In this document: positions 8,060-17,897 of the stretch, piece by piece
How the letters are laid out: each line of letters begins with the position of its first letter
How positions within the stretch are numbered: the stretch's first letter is position 1
Origin: Planctomycetota bacterium
GTDB lineage: Bacteria > Planctomycetota > UBA1135 > UBA2386
Assembly (NCBI GenBank): GCA_965228735.1
Contig: OZ245838.1
Location: 1,888,001 to 1,952,000 of the forward strand
Length of the DNA stretch: 64,000 nucleotides
Direction: 5' to 3'
Notes under the pieces: generated by a model
What the model was told of the DNA's origin: nothing
Database searches by the model: none
Seen by the model: only the letters and a program-made list of their open reading frames with translations
Program-made: the position numbers and the translations under genes

Positions 8060-9631
8060 TCACTTGTCCCTCCGATACGGGTCCCGCACCTGCTTCTTGC
8101 GCTGGCTCCGCTTCTTCGCGAACTCCCGCCGCTTCGGCGTGTGCATCAGCGCCAGGAAGTAGGCGCTCGCCTTGTCCGGAGAATACCCGAGCTTGTCGAC
8201 CACCTCCTCCCGCGACGCCACCTTGATCTCCCGCCGCGGCTGCGACCACGTGTATGCGCACAGCTCCGCCAGCAGCTGGCGATCCGGCGGCAGGCAGATC
8301 CCGGTGTTACTCACCGGGTCCAACGCCTCCCGCATGCGCCAGACCAGCTCCGATCGGAGGTTGAACAGCGGCTGCGCGCCATTCTCGGTCACACCCATCG
8401 CCGGGTCGCCGACGTTGACGCCGATCACGTGCTGGTCCATCGCCATGAGGTGGCCGTACGGCTGCGCCCCGACCCCGAACAGGTCGAGGTGGATCACCGC
8501 CTCGTCACGCTTCGCCGCCACGATGTATCCGGCGATCGTCGGCCCGTTCGGGCAGTCCTTGCCCTCGTAGACGATCGGCTCGTCGAACCAGTAGCCGTGC
8601 CGCCGCGCAATCACCGTGCGGTCGTCGCCGCCCATGGCGACGTCAACGCCGAGGCTCTCCATCGGCGGCAGCCGTTCCGGACGGGACCACCGCTCCATCG
8701 CGGCCTCGACCCATGCTGTGGGAATCACCTGGAAAGCGTCGTCCTTCAGTCCCGCGTCGAAGTCCCCGTAGAGCAGCTGCGAGCGCCGCGGCTCGGGCTG
8801 GCTCTGGATCTGGCTCACGTAGTCCGTGGCCATGTAGAACGGGTTGTCGGTCACGCGCGCCGGGATGAACGTGCGTGACTTCGGTCGGATGATCTGCTCC
8901 GGCGTGAATTCCTCGGGGTCGAAGTCGTAGACCGGCTTCTCATCGACGACCACGAACGGGCGGTCGTCCGGCAGCTCTCGGTCCTTCTTCGCGATCGTTG
9001 TGAACCACCGGAGCTCGCCAGGCACCGCCGGGTTCGGGTGCTTGCGGTCAAGCCATGGGGCGAAGAACCGGATCACCCACTGGCCCTCCACCGTCATCGG
9101 CGGGTTGAACGTCATCATGACGCGCGAGCGCTGATCGGGGTTGCTGGTGCGGTTCCAGCCCATGATGAACCGCACCTGGTCCTCCCGCATCTCGGTGACC
9201 TCGTCGAAGGCCTTCAGGTCGTGCGGCCGGCCGGCCCAACGCCGCTCGTCGCCCTTGTTGTCGAGGCCGCCGAACTCGATCAGGCGGCGCTCGACCATCC
9301 ACTTCGACTTCTGACTGCTGTAGCCGCGCGTGTCACCGAGCAGCTCCGTCATTCGCTGCACGATACCCTCGGTCTGCGCCTTCTCGCGCCGGATGATCAG
9401 CGTGCGTTCGTGCTCGGTCAGCGCGAGGCCCGCGACCAGGTCGGTCTTGCCGCCGCCGGCGGCGCCGCCGTATCCGACGATGTCAGCCTCGCTCTCGAAT
9501 GCCTGCAGCTGGGGGCCCGGAAGCGGCCGCCAGATTCGGCCGTCGTCGAGCAGGCCCTCGAGCTTCTCGCGCTCCTCGGGAGTCATGTACGCGAGGAGCG
9601 ACGGGTCGTACTCAAAGGCGTCAGTCGCCAT
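8060..9631 (-). CDS. terL: Terminase large subunit (prophage)
   Basis: Walker A YGGAAGGGKT, Walker B AFDEVTE, MTFNPP, nuclease LGVDVAMGGDD, SPDKA. Confidence 0.93.
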   Translation of the reverse strand: MATDAFEYDPSLLAYMTPEEREKLEGLLDDGRIWRPLPGPQLQAFESEADIVGYGGAAGGGKTDLVAGLALTEHERTLIIRREKAQTEGIVQRMTELLGDTRGYSSQKSKWMVERRLIEFGGLDNKGDERRWAGRPHDLKAFDEVTEMREDQVRFIMGWNRTSNPDQRSRVMMTFNPPMTVEGQWVIRFFAPWLDRKHPNPAVPGELRWFTTIAKKDRELPDDRPFVVVDEKPVYDFDPEEFTPEQIIRPKSRTFIPARVTDNPFYMATDYVSQIQSQPEPRRSQLLYGDFDAGLKDDAFQVIPTAWVEAAMERWSRPERLPPMESLGVDVAMGGDDRTVIARRHGYWFDEPIVYEGKDCPNGPTIAGYIVAAKRDEAVIHLDLFGVGAQPYGHLMAMDQHVIGVNVGDPAMGVTENGAQPLFNLRSELVWRMREALDPVSNTGICLPPDRQLLAELCAYTWSQPRREIKVASREEVVDKLGYSPDKASAYFLALMHTPKRREFAKKRSQRKKQVRDPYRRDK

Positions 9632-10304
9632 CCCCCTCGCCTTCCGCCTCCGCCTTCCGCTGCGCCGCCACCTGCAGCAGCGCCTGAATCTGCGCCCCGC
9701 GCTCGACGTCCGTCATCTTGATCGCGGGCGCGTCGGGGTCCCCGCCGATCGCCAGCTTGTCGCCGAACGTCTTCGGCAACATCTTGCACAGCGCCCATTT
9801 GAGCGTGTCCACGTGTAGCCGCCGGTGCGCCACCATGTCCTGCTTCACGACCTTGCGCTCGAGCACGGGCATCTCGGTCTGCTCACCGTCCTCGCCGTCC
9901 TTGACGATCACCTTCGACTCCTCGGTGACGATCTCGCCGACCTGCGGATTCCTCGCGACCTCGATGAGCTCTTCGGCCCAGTTCATGGCGCGCAGCTGGA
10001 TGGCGCGCGCGTACTGCTCGGCAAACCCTTCCCGGTCCTCGATGACCCAGGTGTGCACCGTGGTCGCTGGTGGCAGGTGCTCGTCCTCGCAGATCCGCCG
10101 CACGCTCTCCGTCGGGATGCGGCGGAGGATCTCCTCGGCGATCTCCGGCGTGTAGCGCGTTGGCCGGCCGCGCGGTCGTTTCGCCGCCGGCTTCGATGCT
10201 TTACGCGCGTTACGCGTTGCGTTACGCGTCGCCTTGCGCTTCGTCGTCGCCTTCTTTCGTGGCGCCTTCTTGCGGGTCTTCTTGGTCATCGTGGACTCGG
10301 ACAC
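9621..10304 (-). CDS. terS: Terminase small subunit (Sf6-like)
   Basis: GRPTRYTPEIAEEI...SVRRIC...TVHTW...F.EQYARA...RLHVDTLKW...PK.FGDK. Confidence 0.85.
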   Translation of the reverse strand: MSESTMTKKTRKKAPRKKATTKRKATRNATRNARKASKPAAKRPRGRPTRYTPEIAEEILRRIPTESVRRICEDEHLPPATTVHTWVIEDREGFAEQYARAIQLRAMNWAEELIEVARNPQVGEIVTEESKVIVKDGEDGEQTEMPVLERKVVKQDMVAHRRLHVDTLKWALCKMLPKTFGDKLAIGGDPDAPAIKMTDVERGAQIQALLQVAAQRKAEAEGEGDGD

Positions 10305-10581
10305 GGCGCCAGGACCGCGGGAACTGCGCGCGTCGTTCGCAGCGCGCGATCTTGGCGACCGTGTCTCTCGACAGGTTCAGCTGCTTGGCGATTGTGCCAT
10401 ACCCTTGGCCGTCGTCGCGCAGCTGGAAGATGCGACGCACCACCGCGTCGGGGATGGTCGCGTTGTGGTGAGACTCGCCGACGCGACGACCGTCCTCGTT
10501 GACGCCGACCAGCCGTGTGGTGCCCGGCGCCGGACGGAGCTTGTCGCTAAGTCGGACGCGTTTGGTCATCAACCCCCTCAC
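10222..10581 (-). CDS. HTH DNA-binding protein
   Basis: GESHHNATI...V..I followed by HTH GYGTIAKQLNLSRDTVAKI. Confidence 0.65.
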   Translation of the reverse strand: MRGLMTKRVRLSDKLRPAPGTTRLVGVNEDGRRVGESHHNATIPDAVVRRIFQLRDDGQGYGTIAKQLNLSRDTVAKIARCERRAQFPRSWRRVRVHDDQEDPQEGATKEGDDEAQGDA

Positions 10582-10582
10582 G

Positions 10583-10828
10583 TCATAGCGTCGCCTTGGC
10601 GAACTCCCCGCACTTGACGGACGCCGGCGGGAACCGGTAGGCGCCGCCGACCAGGGCTCCGGGTTGCTGTGGGTGCGGGTGTGGCAGAATGAACGACGGC
10701 GGGTATCGGCGGCAGTCGCCCTTCACGCTGTGGCGGCAGTCGTGGCAGCCGACCTTCGTGATGTCGACACCGCCGGCGAGGTCTGCCGGCGTGATTCTGG
10801 GGCGGTCGTTGGGGTTGCTGTTGGCCAT
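10583..10828 (-). CDS. Small 4-Cys protein
   Basis: CHDC...CRRYPP...FP...CGEF. Confidence 0.65.
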   Translation of the reverse strand: MANSNPNDRPRITPADLAGGVDITKVGCHDCRHSVKGDCRRYPPSFILPHPHPQQPGALVGGAYRFPPASVKCGEFAKATL

Positions 10829-10831
10829 GCC

Positions 10832-11071
10832 CTACAGCCCCCCTCGCCCCAGCTTGGTCTCGTCGAGCTTGTGATCGCCGCACCAGTCGCGCTCGAACAC
10901 CGCGGGGAACCCGTTCATCGTCGGTGCCGCGCGCCGACAGCGCCCGAGCGCACCGCGCGCGTCGCCCGTCGTCTTCGGCTCCTTCGCGACGAACCACATG
11001 CAGCTCGAGCACGGCATGCCGGCGCTTCGGTGTACCCACGGGTCCTTCGATTCTTGCTCTTGCATCCTCAC
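10832..11071 (-). CDS. Small 4-Cys protein, paralog of neighbour
   Basis: CSSCMWF...CRRAAP...FPAV...WCGDH. Confidence 0.65.
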   Translation of the reverse strand: MRMQEQESKDPWVHRSAGMPCSSCMWFVAKEPKTTGDARGALGRCRRAAPTMNGFPAVFERDWCGDHKLDETKLGRGGL

Positions 11072-13038
11072 CTCCAGTTGCTGTCCAAAAGCGCCTCAGG
11101 CGCCATCCACTGCCCACGCTCACGGCGGGCCTTGATCCACTCGCCGACGATCGCCCGCGCCCGCGGGTGATCCGGCACCTCCTGGCTCACGACCACCGCC
11201 GCAAGCCCCATCCACGACGTCGTCCCCGGGCCCTCGCTCGCACCGTCACCCTCGACGAGCTGCGACAGCTCCGGTTCCTTGCCGTCCGTTCCGGCCTCGA
11301 CGCCGACCAGCGACCAGCCGACCCAGCGGCCGTCGCGTTGACTGAACGCGCCCTCGACGACCGCGAGCGCGCCTTCCAGGCCCAGCCCGCGCATCCGCTC
11401 CTGTCCGAACGTGACGCCGAGCGACCAGGTGGCGTAGGCCGCGGCGGCCTGCTGGTACATCACCGCATTGTCGCGGCGGTTGGTGTCCTTCGTGAACCGC
11501 GCTTCGTTGCTGCGCAGGTCCCAGAGCGTCGCCGCGCCCCACTTCGGCCAGGCCAGCTGCTCGAACCGCGCGATCGCGCGCGCGCGCACCAGCTTCGCGA
11601 CCTCGCGGTCGGCCAGGCAGTGCCAAAGCTGCTCGGCTTCCCAGCACTCCCAGAGCCACTCGCGTGCTTTACCGACTCGTGTCGTCGTCAGCCGCCGGTC
11701 GAGCGTGCGGCTGTGCAGGAACAGCGCGGCGCGGTTTTCGATCTGCCACTGCAGTGCGGGGTCGCCGGTCTGGCGGTACGCCAGGTAGAGCCGGCGGGCG
11801 TAGTAGTGCTCCCACCAGCTCTCCCAGCCGTGGCGCTCCCGCTTCGTCGGGTTGCGGTCCTTGCCGAGGCCGTCGGGGCTGAACAAGCGACCTTTGCCGT
11901 CCCGGTGCGGCATGTCGTTGTAGAGCGCCAGGTCGGGGTGTGCGCCGATCAGCAGCGGGCTGCCGTCGGCTTCGCGCGGGTTGCTGCGGCGGGCGTAACC
12001 GTAGGCGATCCAGGTGTTCGTGAGTTCGGCGCCGAGGCTGGCGGCGCCAAGGCCGAGCTCGCCGCCGGGCCAACCCCAGTCCCAGTCGCGGCCGGTGCGG
12101 CGGGCGTCCTCGTAGATCCCGAACTCGTTGCGGTCCCAGGTGTCGAGTTGCTGCAGCGCTTTCTGGCCGACGGTCTGCGACCAGGTGCGTGGGTCACCGT
12201 TGCTGGCGGGCCACTGGGGGTTGCCGCGGGGCCAGGCGCGTTGCGCGGCGAGGCAGCTGATGAACGGCGCGGCTTGGGCGGAGGACGCGGCGTCGGCGTC
12301 GGGCGATGGCCAGAGGATCGTGGCCCACCTGGTGGCACGGCCGTGCCAGGTCGCGATCGTCGTGCCGGCAGGTGCGAGCTCGGCGCCGATGACGGTGGCG
12401 CCGGGCACCTCAAGGCGGAAGCCGTCGGGGACGGTGGCGGTGAGGTCGGCGACGTTCGGGTTGTTGGCGTGCGTCTGGATGCGGGCGACGGTCCAGGATT
12501 GGCCTGGGTACAGCGTCAACCAGACGTCGACGAGCAGCATGCGGCCGACGCGGGTGCGCAGGTGCACGTCGAGGCCGGCGCCGTTTCGGATCGCCGACAG
12601 GACGTGGAGCGCCCTGCCGGCCACGGTCAGAAGGGGCGGTGGCGGCGGGGGCAGTCGCGCGACGGGCTCGGGTGCCTCGCGGGGTTCGGTTGCGGTTGCG
12701 TCGGCGTCCGCATCGGGGCGGAGCTTGCCGAGGTCGATGGTCTTGGCTTCGAAGGGCGCGAGCTCGACGCGGAAGTCGATGTGGCGCAGGCCTTCGCCGC
12801 AGGGGTTGCCGAGGACGTAGCGGACGCCGTCGATGGTGCCGGTGCGCGGCACGTCGACGTCGATGGCGCGGCGGACCCAGCCGTGGAAGTGGCTGGGGGT
12901 TGCGCCGCCGGGTTTGCCGTCGTTGGCGAAATGGACCTGTTGGGCTGGGGCGAACGCGGCTGCGAGCAGCGCGATCAGCCCAGCCAGGATGCCGGCGAGC
13001 GCAGAGCGCCAGGCGGCGGGGTCTTCGTGGTCAGTCAT
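11068..13038 (-). CDS. Large exported hypothetical protein (~656 aa)
   Basis: True start probably ATG 13038, overlapping the RusA stop; Sec-type signal ...LLAAAFAPAQQ; Trp-rich body. Confidence 0.7.
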   Translation of the reverse strand: MTDHEDPAAWRSALAGILAGLIALLAAAFAPAQQVHFANDGKPGGATPSHFHGWVRRAIDVDVPRTGTIDGVRYVLGNPCGEGLRHIDFRVELAPFEAKTIDLGKLRPDADADATATEPREAPEPVARLPPPPPPLLTVAGRALHVLSAIRNGAGLDVHLRTRVGRMLLVDVWLTLYPGQSWTVARIQTHANNPNVADLTATVPDGFRLEVPGATVIGAELAPAGTTIATWHGRATRWATILWPSPDADAASSAQAAPFISCLAAQRAWPRGNPQWPASNGDPRTWSQTVGQKALQQLDTWDRNEFGIYEDARRTGRDWDWGWPGGELGLGAASLGAELTNTWIAYGYARRSNPREADGSPLLIGAHPDLALYNDMPHRDGKGRLFSPDGLGKDRNPTKRERHGWESWWEHYYARRLYLAYRQTGDPALQWQIENRAALFLHSRTLDRRLTTTRVGKAREWLWECWEAEQLWHCLADREVAKLVRARAIARFEQLAWPKWGAATLWDLRSNEARFTKDTNRRDNAVMYQQAAAAYATWSLGVTFGQERMRGLGLEGALAVVEGAFSQRDGRWVGWSLVGVEAGTDGKEPELSQLVEGDGASEGPGTTSWMGLAAVVVSQEVPDHPRARAIVGEWIKARRERGQWMAPEALLDSNWR

Positions 13039-13421
13039 TCGTCGGTCTCCGGGGTCAGCCGCACGACCACCTGGCCGTGCGGCACGGGGGACTCGATCAC
13101 CGGGCGATCCATCGCGAACCGGTGATCGTTGATGCCGAGCGCGTCGGCGATGCCGTCGAGGCCGGCCTTCACGGCGGCCTGCATGCCGTCCTCGTCGCGG
13201 TTGCGGCGGTCCGGCGGGCGGAAGGTGAGCTGCACGCGGACGCGTGGTGCGTCGCGCACGGCGTCGACGTCGCGGCCGAAGCCCTCGAACGCGGACATCG
13301 CGGACCAGTAGGCGTTGCCGCGGTAGGCCTTGGTGACGCGGGCCTTCTGCTGGCGGTGTGGGCGGCCGTTCGGGTGCAGGGGCTGCGGGGGCCAGGGGAG
13401 GAGGACGGTCAGCATGGTCAC
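13035..13421 (-). CDS. rusA: RusA-like Holliday junction resolvase
   Basis: LPWPP..L.PN, F.PPDRR.RD.D...K...DG.ADALG.ND. Confidence 0.85.
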   Translation of the reverse strand: MTMLTVLLPWPPQPLHPNGRPHRQQKARVTKAYRGNAYWSAMSAFEGFGRDVDAVRDAPRVRVQLTFRPPDRRNRDEDGMQAAVKAGLDGIADALGINDHRFAMDRPVIESPVPHGQVVVRLTPETDE

Positions 13422-14320
13422 GCAACCCCCTCACGCAGCAGCCCAGCCGGGAACAGCTTCGCCGACACCCGCTCCGCCGAGTCGGCGTAGACGTCCTCGA
13501 GCGTGTCCTCGTGCCGCCCCACGCGGCGCAGCGTCGACTCGCGGCGCTTCATGCGCTGCTCGTCAAGCACCTCGCGCCACAGGTTGTGCTCGAGCCAATG
13601 CGCCAGCAGCGCGCCCTTCTCGCGGGCCTTCTCGCGATCGAGCACCGCGAGCGCGGTCACGTGGTCTCGCGTCAGGCCGGTGGGCGCGGCCTTGCGAGCG
13701 ATCTTGACCAGCTCCGCCATGCGGCGATCGCTGCGCATCCCGCTCCGCAGCGGCGTCGCCGCGAGCGCCCGAACGAGGTCGAGGACCTCCGGCGGATCGG
13801 GTGGCTCTGGCTTCGGACCTTCGGGCGGATCGCTGGCCCCTCGCGCGCCCGCGCGCGCGTTCTGGGGCTGTTCCCTTCCTTTCCCTTCCCTTCCCTTCCT
13901 AGGCCGAAATCCGGCGGGGCCCGCCGGATCGTCGGGGGGCCCCGCCGGTTTTTCGGCGGGGTCCGCCGGATTGCTGGCGGGAGAGTCGGGCGGCGGCGGC
14001 AACTTCGACTTCGATCGCTTGTCGATCTTCTGATGCCGATCGAAGTTACGAACGAACGCGTAGGTCTGGCCGTGATGCTCGTAGCGAACGACCAGCCCGA
14101 GCTCGACCAGTTCGTCGAGCCATGCGGCGACTTCGGTGTCCTCGTCGTATGGGAAGAGTTCTCCACGGATCAGCGCAGGATGTGCACGGAGCCTCCCGTC
14201 GTCGTCGGCCATGTTGCACAGGCCGATGAACATGAGCCGGGCGTCGCGGGACGCGCGCGCAAGGCGTTCGTCCTTGAAGAACTCGGGTTTGACGGTGCGG
14301 ATCTTCATGGTCGCATCCAC
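13418..14320 (-). CDS. Phage replication initiator (replisome organiser)
   Basis: IRTVKPEFF.DE...RL.FIGL...ADD.GR...F..HQ N-terminal domain, Pro-rich linker, GREGKGRE. Confidence 0.8.
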   Translation of the reverse strand: MDATMKIRTVKPEFFKDERLARASRDARLMFIGLCNMADDDGRLRAHPALIRGELFPYDEDTEVAAWLDELVELGLVVRYEHHGQTYAFVRNFDRHQKIDKRSKSKLPPPPDSPASNPADPAEKPAGPPDDPAGPAGFRPRKGREGKGREQPQNARAGARGASDPPEGPKPEPPDPPEVLDLVRALAATPLRSGMRSDRRMAELVKIARKAAPTGLTRDHVTALAVLDREKAREKGALLAHWLEHNLWREVLDEQRMKRRESTLRRVGRHEDTLEDVYADSAERVSAKLFPAGLLREGVA

Positions 14321-15435
14321 GCGGCCATCGCCGCGGCCTCCGTGTCCAGCCAGTCCTTCCGCAGCCGCACCTTCAGGAACCGCGCGTAGACGTCCCGCAG
14401 CAACTCGAACAGCTGCAGCCAGCTCGCCGCGCGCGCACAGGTGCGGTCACCCTGCGACTCGACGTCCTCCGGGTCCGCCGGCAGCCTCACCGCCGCCAGC
14501 GTCATGCGCGCCCCGTCGAGCGTGCACGTCCACTGCTCGCTGCCCTCGGCCACGATCAGCTTCGCGCGCGCCAGGCGATGGCCCTCGCGCAGCGCCGCGC
14601 GCGCGGCGGCCGACCTGGTCGGCATGCCGTCCCGCAGCGTGTAGACGGTCTCGTCAAAGCACGCCGAGAACACCAGCAGGTCATCCAGCGCGATCCCGAC
14701 CCGGCGGCCGCGCGCCAGGTCGAACTCGCCGCCGTTCGTTTCCCACTGGTGCCAGAGCCACAGCAGGAACTCCTCACCCAGGAACCCGAACGTCGTGTCG
14801 ATGTCGATCTTGGTCTGCTTCGGCGAATCGCCACTGCCGCCGCCGGGCCACCTGGTGGGCGTGGCCTTGTTCAGCGCCGCGGCGCTGAACTTCGCGGCCT
14901 CTGCGAGCTCGCCTGGGCCCAGCCCCTCGACGGGGCAGCCTGCGAAGGTCTCCGACCAGAGCCTGGCGGCCTCTTCGCGCGCGGCGTTGCTGCTCGCGAG
15001 CACCAGCAGCAGCTCGCGATCGGGCATCAGCAGCATGTCCACGTGCGTCGTGCTCGGCAGCACCCGCGGCAGCAGCTTCTCCGCCAGGTCCTGCTTGAGC
15101 TCGCGGCGCTCGCGGGGCGCCAGGCGCTTGCCTCGGGCGTGCTCCTCGGCGGCCAGGTGGTTCTCGATCACCGCGCGCGGCATCGCCTTCCGGTCGATGC
15201 GCATGCGCAGCCAGAAGTGCTCGCCGGCGTCGAGGTCCTCCGGCGTGAAGCTGTTGCCGGTCGGGTCGGCCGGCGTCACCCAGCCGATGGAGACCTCCTC
15301 GCTTGCGGCGTTGTCGATCAGCCGGAACCGGCGCTCGCTGAGCTGCTCGCAGAGCTCGGGGAGGCGGAGGTCGGGATTCGATCCCGCCCAGGTGAGTGCG
15401 GCCAGGCCGCCGGACTTGCGAAGAGCCTTCGTCAT
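14305..15435 (-). CDS. RdgC-like recombination-associated protein
   Basis: Start ATG 15435; EEVSIGWV, LRMRIDRK..P, FLGEEFLLWLW. Confidence 0.65.
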   Translation of the reverse strand: MTKALRKSGGLAALTWAGSNPDLRLPELCEQLSERRFRLIDNAASEEVSIGWVTPADPTGNSFTPEDLDAGEHFWLRMRIDRKAMPRAVIENHLAAEEHARGKRLAPRERRELKQDLAEKLLPRVLPSTTHVDMLLMPDRELLLVLASSNAAREEAARLWSETFAGCPVEGLGPGELAEAAKFSAAALNKATPTRWPGGGSGDSPKQTKIDIDTTFGFLGEEFLLWLWHQWETNGGEFDLARGRRVGIALDDLLVFSACFDETVYTLRDGMPTRSAAARAALREGHRLARAKLIVAEGSEQWTCTLDGARMTLAAVRLPADPEDVESQGDRTCARAASWLQLFELLRDVYARFLKVRLRKDWLDTEAAAMAAWMRP

Positions 15436-15854
15436 GGTGTCGTCGCTGCCTCCCGCGCCTTCCGCAGGATCTGGTACACGCGGTTCCGGTGGATCCCGAA
15501 CCGCTCGGCAAGCTGCGGGTGCGTCATGCCCCCCGCGGCGAGCTCGACGATCTGCGCGTCGCGGTCCACGTTGACCGCCTTGCGCTTCTTGCGCCGACGT
15601 GGCGCGTCCGACTCCTCGCCGGCGGCGGCGCCTGCCGGCCGGACCTCGAGCGGCTTCCGGCTCATCCGGTCCATCAGGCGCGCGCGCGCCTGGCCGAGCT
15701 CGGCCAGGCGGCATTCGCGGAGCACCAGGCCGCACGTCGTGCACGTCGGTTGGCCCATCCCGCCCGTGAACGACGAGAGCGGGACCCAACGGAACTCGTG
15801 GCCCTGCTCGTGGCAGCGCGCGACGGCGTCGTCGGTGAGCACCTGGTTGGTCAC
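15432..15854 (-). CDS. HTH regulator with CxxC motif
   Basis: C-terminal RDAQIVEL..GGMT..QLAERFGIHRNRVYQIL. Confidence 0.65.
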   Translation of the reverse strand: MTNQVLTDDAVARCHEQGHEFRWVPLSSFTGGMGQPTCTTCGLVLRECRLAELGQARARLMDRMSRKPLEVRPAGAAAGEESDAPRRRKKRKAVNVDRDAQIVELAAGGMTHPQLAERFGIHRNRVYQILRKAREAATTP

Positions 15855-16399
15855 GCGTCCCCCAACTTCTCAAACACCGAGAACACCCGCGCTCGGTTGT
15901 TGAAGCCCATGAGCACCGCCACCGCCGCAATGCTGCGGGCGTGCTTCGGCGGCTGCGGCCACAGGTAGTGCAGCACGCCGACGCGATCGCCGGCGGCGAC
16001 ACAGTCCAAGCCAACGCGGAGAAGATGCCCCGCACTCGGAAGCGCCGCATCGGTCCGATACTTGGCGTGGTCCTCCGGCGTGTACGGCGGATCTGCCAGC
16101 ACGGCTCGTGCGTCGGGCACCTCCGACCAGTTACCCGACGCAGAGAGGTCCGCGACGACGTCGGGCTCAGTGGCCGGATCCGAGTCCACCGTGATGGCCT
16201 TCTGGACCAGGCGCTTGTTCGGGTAGTCCTTCGCGCGACCGCCGCAGAGGTGCAGGCACGCGTCGCACTCGGGGTTGACGCCGAGCAGAGGCAGCGCGCG
16301 CTCCAGGAAGCCGTTCGGGTAGGCCCCGTAGTACTTCACCTTCGGACGCGCGAGGATCCAGACGTCGGTGATCGGGCGATACGTCACGAGAACCACCAC
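15851..16399 (-). CDS. Small DNA amino-methyltransferase-like protein
   Basis: LHLCGG SAM-binding-like motif followed by LADPPY. Confidence 0.65.
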   Translation of the reverse strand: MVVLVTYRPITDVWILARPKVKYYGAYPNGFLERALPLLGVNPECDACLHLCGGRAKDYPNKRLVQKAITVDSDPATEPDVVADLSASGNWSEVPDARAVLADPPYTPEDHAKYRTDAALPSAGHLLRVGLDCVAAGDRVGVLHYLWPQPPKHARSIAAVAVLMGFNNRARVFSVFEKLGDA

Positions 16400-16746
16400 C
16401 CGATGACGAGCGCGACCGCGAGCATGGCGAGGACGCTGCCGACGAACGCCATCGCGGCCATCTGGAGCATCCGGCGCGCGGACGCGGCCTCGAGGCGTTC
16501 GCGGAGCAGGGGGACGAGGGTCTCGGCGAACGCGTTGGCGTGGCCGGGGTCGCAGGGGCCGAGTTCGAGGGTGTCGATGATGTCTGTGCGTTCCGCCGCA
16601 GCCTCGCCGAGTCGCTTGAACAGCCGGCCGTTCTGCTCCCGCAGCTTCTGCGCGTGGCGCTGGCAGCTCGCCACACGCTCCTCGGCTTCGGAGAGCCGAC
16701 GGCGGAGGTCACCGATCTGGGCGTGGAGTTGGGCGTTGCCGGACAT
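16384..16746 (-). CDS. Hypothetical coiled-coil protein with C-terminal TM
   Basis: ATG 16746 overlaps the upstream stop; hydrophobic C-terminus. Confidence 0.55.
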   Translation of the reverse strand: MSGNAQLHAQIGDLRRRLSEAEERVASCQRHAQKLREQNGRLFKRLGEAAAERTDIIDTLELGPCDPGHANAFAETLVPLLRERLEAASARRMLQMAAMAFVGSVLAMLAVALVIGWWFS

Positions 16747-17357
16747 CAGCGAGCCCCCTCGGCAACCGGCGCGTGCGCGGCGTCGTACTGCCCGATGCCC
16801 CACGAGATCGCGTGCAGGTTCCACAGGAACGCCCAGTCCCACGTGGTCAGGTCGTGCTCCCAGAAGTCCCCGATGCGGTAGCGATGCCCCGCATGCTCGA
16901 CCTCGAGGCCGTCAACGAACTCGCGGAACCCCCGTTCGTCCTCGGGCTCAATCAAGGCGTCATCGAGTTCGGCGAACGCCTGACGTCGCGCTTCCGCGTG
17001 CCAATCCTCGGTGGCGTATGCGAACGCCGCGCGGGCCGCAGCCTGATCGAAGACCTTCACGCTGCGGCGACCGGAGCAGTCGGCCGCCAACAGCTTCTCC
17101 GCCCAGTATCCGGCGTTGATTCCGCCGTCGGGTCGCCGGAAGAACTCGAACATGTCCGCGATGCGCGCGAACGCGTACGTGCCCATGTCGCCGTTGATGA
17201 CCAGCACACCCGGCCAGGTCACGAGGTCGAACCAGTAGACGCTCCCGCGGTTGCCGCGGAACTTGAGATGCCGCCGCAGCCCGTCGTCCTGCTCGACCGT
17301 CATTCGGTGCAGGCGAACGTCGTGGCGGAACGTCTCAACAACGTCGGGGCTACCCAT
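16746..17357 (-). CDS. Conserved hypothetical phage early protein
   Basis: RHL.F....YWFDLVTWPG.L.I.GDMG...F.R..DMFEFFR...IN..YWAEKL pattern seen in phage proteins. Confidence 0.75.
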   Translation of the reverse strand: MGSPDVVETFRHDVRLHRMTVEQDDGLRRHLKFRGNRGSVYWFDLVTWPGVLVINGDMGTYAFARIADMFEFFRRPDGGINAGYWAEKLLAADCSGRRSVKVFDQAAARAAFAYATEDWHAEARRQAFAELDDALIEPEDERGFREFVDGLEVEHAGHRYRIGDFWEHDLTTWDWAFLWNLHAISWGIGQYDAAHAPVAEGAR

Positions 17358-17644
17358 CAGCGAGCCTCCTCGGCGACCGCCACCGGAGTGACCTTCTTCC
17401 GCACCTTCAGCCGGTAGGCGTTCCACTCCTTCGGCGCCGCGTCGCGGCACGCGGCCGCGATCGTCGATCCCACGCCCCGGGCGACGTAGGCCGTCTCATC
17501 GCCGGGGTCCCAGTACCCGACCGTGAACCCCTCGATATGAAACTCCGGATCTGGACCGAAGCACTCGGCCGTCGGGCCGTACACGCCGCGAGCGAACTCG
17601 TCGGCGTCGCGCAGGCTGAGCTCCGGGCGTTTGCGGGCGGCCAT
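17357..17644 (-). CDS. Hypothetical phage protein
   Basis: 95 aa, TGATG coupling at both ends. Confidence 0.6.
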   Translation of the reverse strand: MAARKRPELSLRDADEFARGVYGPTAECFGPDPEFHIEGFTVGYWDPGDETAYVARGVGSTIAAACRDAAPKEWNAYRLKVRKKVTPVAVAEEAR

Positions 17645-17897
17645 CAGCGCGCCCCCTCGAGGTCCGCGACCTCACCCCCGAGCGCGACGATCAGCTCCGC
17701 CTCGCTCAGCCCGACCGGCAACCGGCCGCGGCGGACCCCTCCCAGTCCCACCTGACCACGGCGTGCGATGTTGTCCACAGCCGTTCGCCCGCGCTCGCCG
17801 CGCGAACGGATTTCGTAAGCACCCGTCTGAGTCCCGAGGCCTTCCTCGGTACTATCTACGTCGCGGCTACGCCCCGACTTCGCATATGGCGAGGTGC

